Shown here: positions 57,195 through 64,000 of the stretch, one piece after another
Position numbering within the stretch: the stretch's first letter is position 1
How the letters are laid out: every line of letters starts with the position of its first letter
DNA from: Trichosphaerium sp. ATCC 40318
Taxonomy: Eukaryota; Protista; Tubulinea
Length of the DNA stretch: 64,000 nucleotides
Assembly (NCBI GenBank): GCA_038496445.1
Contig: JALMLS010000420.1
Span: 682,001 to 746,000, forward strand
Direction of reading: 5' to 3'
Translations under genes and position numbers: made by a program
The notes under the pieces: model-generated
What the model was told of the DNA's origin: nothing
What the model saw: only the letters and a program-made list of their open reading frames with translations
The model's database searches: none

Positions 57195-60100
57195 TTAGGT
57201 AATCTCATTCAGCGTCACATCCTGAAGATCGTCGTCTGTGCCGATCCAATATTTTAGCTTAGCGATATTCAAGCAGTCATCTGGCTACTTTCAATGTAAT
57301 TTTTTTTGATTTTATGATACAGTGGCTTCAATGTTACTTAAAATTTTTGATTGTAAGGATGACACTTTCTGTAGAGCCTTTATCAAGTCTGGGTGACTTA
57401 ATTCAGATACATCTATTTCATCTATTACGTTTTCAACCCTAAGTAGAGCTCAGTTAGCTGTATATTCAGAAAAACAAGTGTTGGTTGCAACAACGTACTT
57501 TTCCAACCAACTCTCAGCATTAGCGGTATTATTTGTTTCCTTCCTCGGTGATTCTGACTTTGATGTTCTTTTCCTATTAGGCAGAGCGAGCAAGAAACTA
57601 AGACTTTGTTAGTGAAGTTGACTTTGACCGAAAAAAACTTTACCTGCTAACAGCTTTCCTTAGTAGAGGATTACTCGGTATTACAATTTTACTTTCTGTA
57701 GATTCTTTGTGAACATGACTGGCAAGGCCTGCTCGAACTAATAGATATGGGTTATGGAGAGGAGTGTTTGTTTCTTGTACCCTTATCTTGGCTGTCAGGG
57801 TACCTGTAGAATGAGTTAATAATTGTTTTGGCAGTTGAGTAAGTTTACGCACTTATCCAGTAATGATGCAGCATCATCAGGTGCCAAAAAAAGCACGCAA
57901 GTAGGCGTTGCCTCTACTTTAATAAGGGTGTCTGATTTTATTTGTTGAGCAAACTAACATTGTTAAAAAAATTGTACAATACCAGAATAAATTGAGAACC
58001 TCAGTTGCTTGGTTCTTTGAATATCCAACGGTATGCTTTAGTAAGTCTACTTCACCAAAGAATTGATCTTCATGTAACTTGTTTACTGTTTGATGATGTT
58101 CTATAACCTATTTGGATGGGTAAAATATGCAACAGGAATAGGAACAGGCTTACCTTAAGTGACCCAATGCCAATGAACATTAATGAATTTTCATGTGATC
58201 TGTCACGTGCACTCAAAACAAATTGTCGTCTTACATAGCTGTGTATTGTGCATGCTTCAATTAAGTCATTACGAAACTCTTCTGAACAACTAGAGAAGAA
58301 AATAGAGTTCTTCAAAGCCTTTCTCATAGCGTCACCTTTATAAAACAAACCATGTAAGCAAAACTGCTAAACTCTTTTGGAAATGTAACTAAACTTACGT
58401 GATACACGTTGTTGTGCTATAGAACGGAATCGTTCTCTATAAACAAAGAAAATCTTGTGAGAAGCTATGGTGTAGATTATGGCACTTACTTTTGTTCAGG
58501 GAAGTCAGATAATACTTTACTCAAAGAATCCTTTGATAGAGCATATAAATCACAATAAGCAGTTGCGCGCACTGAGGCAGTTCGTTTACTATCAAGAAGA
58601 AGTACAACCTCTCCAAAGAAGTCACCTGTGCAGATTAGAGCTGAGACACATCTATCATTTCTAATTACCTTCACCCATTGTAGTGAGTTTGTTGTAGTTC
58701 TCATCTAGGACTTCTACAGCACCTCTACTTATAAAAAACATATTTTTTCCGGGATCTCCATAGTTTACTATCCAATCTCCTGGAGCAAAAATGTGGGTTT
58801 TGAGGCGTTTTATAATTGCTTTAATAAAGCCTATACGAAACTATGTTAGTTGATTCCTTTCGAGATGCTTTTGTTTACCTTCTGAGCATGAGTGAAACAA
58901 TGGAACTTTCTTTACTATATGACCATTCAAGCACCAATTAATTTCAGTTTTCAAGTGGGTTGGCAACTCTGCTAGTATCCTCTCGTCATGTTCACCTTGT
59001 CTTCTAGATTGCAACTAAACAGTTTTAAGTAATACGCTCTTAATTAAGATATAGCTATTTTTTACGCACGTGATCATAGTACCTCAAAACTCTTGTTTGA
59101 AGTTTTTTAGGTAGTCTTTTATTTGTCATGAAAGATTTAATCTTATCCAATTTATGACGAAATGCAACTTGTTGTTCGTTCAGATTAGAGATAACCTCAG
59201 TTATACCAGCAATTACTATTCAAGTATTAGTAAAATAACATGATTATAAAACGTACTCATAGATGTTATGAAAAGAACAACAAAGCACAACGCAAGCATA
59301 AAAAAAAGTTCTCTATCTGTTTCTGGTCTTTTAGGTGAACCGCCAACTCTTGTCAAAACATTTGTAGCCCACCAAATAGCACGCCTATACCAATAATTAT
59401 TTTCAAAATCCTTACCATAGATATCGAATACATACAAGTATTGTGTTCCAAACGACACGTTTTTCGACGCCAGGGTAGGTAGAAAATCTGAGCTTCCAAA
59501 CCCTTCGATGTACGCCATCCTACACTTTAGGTCAACTAGTATAACCACTAGTAGTGCGCACCCATAGTAAGTACATGCCATCCAATGTGAAACAAGGAAT
59601 ATGCCGATAAGAACCTTAGCGATCAAGTACTATTGGACATTGTGTCAGAGCAAGTAAGAGTTTGAGTGTAAGTGAAAACGCACACGAACTGTTCCACTGG
59701 CTTGTATTTCCCATTTTGTTGAGTATACAAACACGTGAGGTAATCTCAATAGCCTTGGCATACGCGCTAGGGTGTGATCTGGAAGTATGCGTGAGAAGAG
59801 AGTGATTTAATAAGCTGACAAAAAAGACATACGCCAATGTCCGCCCCAAATAAATAAATCGAACGGTAAAGATGCCAATAAATCTAAGGTGAACCAGTGT
59901 TTCAAATAGTGCTATTTCTGTGTGGTTAGATGGATGCACGTTTTCTTTCATGAAGTAAAGAAGGTAATCGAACAACGCTGTAAGCGGTACTAGTCACGTA
60001 CTAAAGCAATACTTTTCGAGTCATGTACAGATATGCCTGTTTTTTTGAAAACAGTACGAAAGTTAACGTACAAATCAATAGCGAATATTATATCCCTACG

Positions 60101-60616
60101 CGAAGAGTAAGCGTAACACGCACTCAATAAATTTTAAGATAGTTATTAAAGGATACTGACCCAATATAGTCCACAATTAGCATTATAAAGTACGTCCAAC
60201 CGCTCTGGTGGTTCCAAAGAACTCTAAATCCTAGTCTACCAATGTTAGAATATTTTCTTTTTTTGCTTGTTTCTCCGTACCGTAGAGGTACTGTTACGCA
60301 GTTATACAGTACAAAGAATGTTACTGTTACACGCCAGAGTATTAGTTTCGACGGTTGAAATGGTCCAGTTAACTACAAGCGTAAATATGTCGTTACGTTA
60401 TAACAATACACGTACAAACGATTTTAAAGTTCTTCGAGGTTTTGGCGGTTCTAACAACGCCGGAATGAGTGGTATTTCAACATCCTCCCCATTTATGCTC
60501 TGGGCACGCTGTGGGCCTTTCAGTTTGGTTACAGACGCCATAAAACCCATGTCTTCCTTTGGGGCTTTCGCTCGCGAACGCAGGCTGTACAAGCGATTTC
60601 CACGCTCAAGCTGCAT
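57195..60616 (-). CDS. Cyclic-nucleotide-binding 6TM cation channel (CNG/KCNH-like) with two CNBDs
   Basis: DIIFAIDLYVNFRT, HWMAC, pore helix AIWWATNVLTRVGG, C-linker LAELPTHLKTEI, CNBD1 GDFFGEV..RTASVRA, CNBD2 QFFGEV. Confidence 0.88.
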
Positions 60617-61717
60617 TACGGCGCTGCAGTTTGTACAGATACAACAATAAAGTTTTTATGGCGATTTCTGACATTCCTTATGTGACAAACAATGAAACTT
60701 AGACAATTATTTAAACGACAGAGAGTGTATCACGCTGATATCGGTTCGTAAGTGTAGTGCATGCTGTAATAAGAAAAACGAGAAAAGTTTCAAAAAAGGA
60801 GTTTGAATCTTTCAGATACCTATTGCTAGGGATGTTATGGCAAAACAATATCGTTGAAAAAATCGCAGTTGCACTTTATTGAACCAGTTGGCAATAGGAT
60901 TGGAGATGAAATTAAAACATACCTCTTTGCTACGATACGTTCAACCTTAGTTTTGAAATCAAACGACACCCCACTACACCTATAACATGCTTGAATGTTC
61001 CAGCTGTAGATGACTTGAGATTGCAGGTTATTGCAGCAGGAGAGCATGCATGGAAACATCATGTCATGTCGTTGGGTGTTGGTATATGGGGACGTTTCAT
61101 TAAGTCAACCAAAGACTCCCTAAATCCGCCCCGCTGTGACTAAAAGTGCATGTCTATAGATTATGTGTGTTTGAGGTTACCCTGCATTCATTAAGCAGCA
61201 GGAGAGCTTAGTCCGAGCTTGCTTTAATTCAAGTTTCTGCGAACGCGTCAAAACAGGTTCAGACGCTGTTCGAGCTGGTTGTGCTCTTCCTTTTTAGTTG
61301 ATCCTAAGGCTACAAACAATGGCTTAAGTAGGTTCAATCAGTCTCATACTATTATTTTACGCAATAGGCATCATCGCTTTGAGAATTGGTTAGAGGATTG
61401 ACTAACCGAAAAGTTTGCCCGGCATAATAGAATTACACAGATTCGCGTTTTTTAGCATTCAAATACGTTATCAAGTTGGTTTAGACCATTTGTACGTTTT
61501 TTAAATCCAACAACTAGTATCTTTCGTTTAATCGCGTATGAAGTGCTTTTTCGTAATGCCTACAACAAAAATACGCGTGGAAGCGACCTTAGCTAGGTTC
61601 CTCGTATGGTTTTTTGCCGACAGTCGTAAATTTGTTGTCCCGTTTTCTCTTCCAACTTTCGGCAACACGTGTTTGTTTAGGGCTGTTCTAATTTTACTTT
61701 TTAGTCAGACAGTGATC

Positions 61718-63025
61718 ATGGAGTTGCTCTATCTCCCACTTGAGATGATTGTCCAGGTTTTATATAATTTATCTCAGAAGGAGCGATGTGCAGCAGCACA
61801 AGCATGTCGCGCATTGGCGAACACAGTGAAGCAACATTTTATTACGAGACGAAGAATTTTAATCGAGTCAAAAGAAGACATTAAACAAGTCTCAAAGCGC
61901 AAGCATTTACTAAAATCAGCAACAGTAGTGTGTTACCGTGAGATACCAGATGACAAAATCTCAAAACTAGCCGGTGTCCATACGATATACCTTCAGCTTT
62001 GCTGCAACTTAACATCAAAGGGATTAAGTACGCTAGCTGGAGTACACACGATAAATATCGGCGGATGCCCGAAAGTAACAGACTCCGGTGTTAAAGCCTT
62101 AGCTGGAGTACATTCTCTAACAATGTGGTATTGTCCAAGGATTACTGGAAGTTGCCTCAAGTCGTTATCTGGTGTGCACTATATAAACTTAAGTGGTACT
62201 AAAGGAAAAAATAAAGGACTTGGAAGCATTGCTAGTGCTCATTCAGTCAACCTTGGCTTTTGTAAGTGGTTATCAGATGAAGGTGTGTCAATGCTATCAG
62301 GCGTTCATACTATTCAAGTTAACTCAACTAATGTAACGGATAAAGGACTAAAGGCATTGAATGGAGTACATACTATAAATGTTGGAATTTGTAGGAATAT
62401 AACATCAAAAGGTGTTGCTGCTCTTGCTGGAGTTCATGCTATATACTTACAACATTGTATCCATATTACAGACAATGCCATAATACCATTAGCTGGAGTA
62501 CATACGATAAATCTTGCCTGTTGTGACAAGATAACAGATAGAGGCATTTCTGCGCTTGCTGGTGTTCATTCAATAGATCTGACAAGATGTACAAAAATAA
62601 CTAGCAAGGGAGTCAACTCATTACATGGTGTTCATTATATTTCACTCCGTGGATGTCATAGAGTTACTGATGAAGGTATATCAGCTTTAGCTGGTGTACA
62701 TACAATAGATTTGGCCAATTGCAAAAGAGTCTCTGATGTTGGAATTAAAAAACTTTCGGGTGTTCATATCATCGATCTTATTGGCACAAAAGTGACTGAT
62801 GATGGCTTAATGAGTCTTGCTGGTGTACATACAATTAAACTTACAGGTAATGAGCATATTACAGATAAAGGTATCGCCTCTCTTAGCGGTGTACACACTA
62901 TCTTTATTGCGTACTGTCCGAAAGTAACAAAAAAAGGTGTAAACGCTCTTGTTAATGTGCATGCTGTCCACAGTAACAAGCTTCTTTTGAAAGTAAGTGC
63001 TGGAAGAAATAAATCAATTGTATAG
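61718..63025 (+). CDS. F-box + LRR protein (regular LAGVHTIxLxxCxxITDxG repeats), intronless
   Basis: LLYLPLEMIVQVLYNL F-box followed by about 15 21-22-aa Cys-containing LRRs. Confidence 0.9.
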   Translation: MELLYLPLEMIVQVLYNLSQKERCAAAQACRALANTVKQHFITRRRILIESKEDIKQVSKRKHLLKSATVVCYREIPDDKISKLAGVHTIYLQLCCNLTSKGLSTLAGVHTINIGGCPKVTDSGVKALAGVHSLTMWYCPRITGSCLKSLSGVHYINLSGTKGKNKGLGSIASAHSVNLGFCKWLSDEGVSMLSGVHTIQVNSTNVTDKGLKALNGVHTINVGICRNITSKGVAALAGVHAIYLQHCIHITDNAIIPLAGVHTINLACCDKITDRGISALAGVHSIDLTRCTKITSKGVNSLHGVHYISLRGCHRVTDEGISALAGVHTIDLANCKRVSDVGIKKLSGVHIIDLIGTKVTDDGLMSLAGVHTIKLTGNEHITDKGIASLSGVHTIFIAYCPKVTKKGVNALVNVHAVHSNKLLLKVSAGRNKSIV

Positions 63026-63341
63026 AAGTTAGGGTGGTCAACTATTCGTCATTATTCGACTTACAGTTTGGCAATTTTTTCAAACACAAGTCTTTTTTGA
63101 AATTTTTCACTGTAGTTCTTGCAACCTAAACTGGCCTTTTACAATCAGTTTCATCCTCTGCATGATGCACAACAAATATCAAGGCTATTGACAGTATTTA
63201 AGATCCCTAAAACACATATTGTGTCTCATGAACACCTCGACAATAGAAATAATCTGTTCAGGATAAAAATTGAAAAACAGTGTTTATTTTTGCAGAATAA
63301 AAGTCAACGGTATTTTCGTAACGCCGTTTCACCTCATAATA

Positions 63342-64000
63342 ATGGCAGCCTTGGATACGCCCAAAAAGCCAACAAAAACCCATTTTAGCGTAATCAACAT
63401 CTCATGATAGTAAACGTGCTTATTCCGCCATTTAGGAAGAGCCTACTCTTTATTCAGTGCCTTATGACGTAATAACCGAGATTATGTTGTATTTAAGCAC
63501 CAAAAACGTATTTACACTGAGACTTGTGTCAAAGCGACTGTGTAGAACATTAAACGAGAAATCCTTCATGAAGGTACACAAATTGAGTCCTTTATTGTAA
63601 GCCACGCGCAGCTTTATCCAGTGGTATTGAAGCGTTTGCAAATTAATTTGACTACTCCTCATCCTTTTTCCAGGGTATTGTGCCAATGCTTTTGCACAGC
63701 GACTTCTGGCGTGGTATTTTTGAGGAACAAAATGTTGTACGGTTTTTTTTAGCGTGACCAAACACGTGCTTTTTTATTTGATTTTTTAATCGCTAAACTA
63801 CTTTTAAGCCAGACGAAGCCCGACCATGTTTAGACGCAATGATTGCTTTTTTTCTGAAGAATGTGTTTAATGTCGCTGATCGACATGCAAGGCAAACTGT
63901 ATTCCAATTACTTTCTCATTTTTTGGATGTTCATAGAGAAATGTATGCTATGGTCGAAGATGTATAACATTTAATATCATGTTTGCATACTTAGCCACGT
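63342..64000 (+). CDS. F-box gene paralogous to 14760-19528; partial or degenerate
   Basis: MAALDTPKKPTKTHFS, a 46-nt intron, then EEPTLYSVPYDVITEIMLYLSTKNVFTLRLVSKRL with high nucleotide identity to 17030-17170. An in-frame TAA at 63965 (or a GT donor) lies near the window end. Confidence 0.75.

Overview
AT-rich, gene-dense eukaryotic DNA from a protist. It uses the standard genetic code and has many 35-100 nt spliceosomal introns, so the ORF track fragments most genes. A TSET-coat subunit, Hv1, a C2-metacaspase and F-box repeat genes are compatible with an amoeboid protist, but this is inference. Recognisable genes: an FG-GAP (integrin-alpha-like) membrane protein, DDX46/Prp5, an alpha/beta hydrolase with UIMs, an F-box/SNF2 helicase, the Hv1 proton channel, a PSI-lipase, a GH5-ricin cellulase, rhodanese, a Ser/Thr kinase, an RTX-repeat secreted protein, RPB5, a C2-metacaspase, TTRAY/TWD40-2, a CDC123-like ATP-grasp protein, a two-CNBD cation channel and an F-box/LRR protein. 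The main finding is a complete 2259-bp DNA transposon (17204-19462). It has bipartite 40-bp TIRs and an apparent 5-bp TSD (TTTAG), and encodes an intron-containing piggyBac-like DDD transposase with a SAP-like/PHD/SAP module inserted between the second and third catalytic Asp. It sits in intron 1 of an F-box gene, and a paralogue with the empty intron is present at 63342+. Other observations: recurrent GC-AG introns with GCAC donors, strong CACGTG enrichment, a DECD-type Prp5, and a frameshifted mucin repeat. All gene models are manual and no database searches were run.
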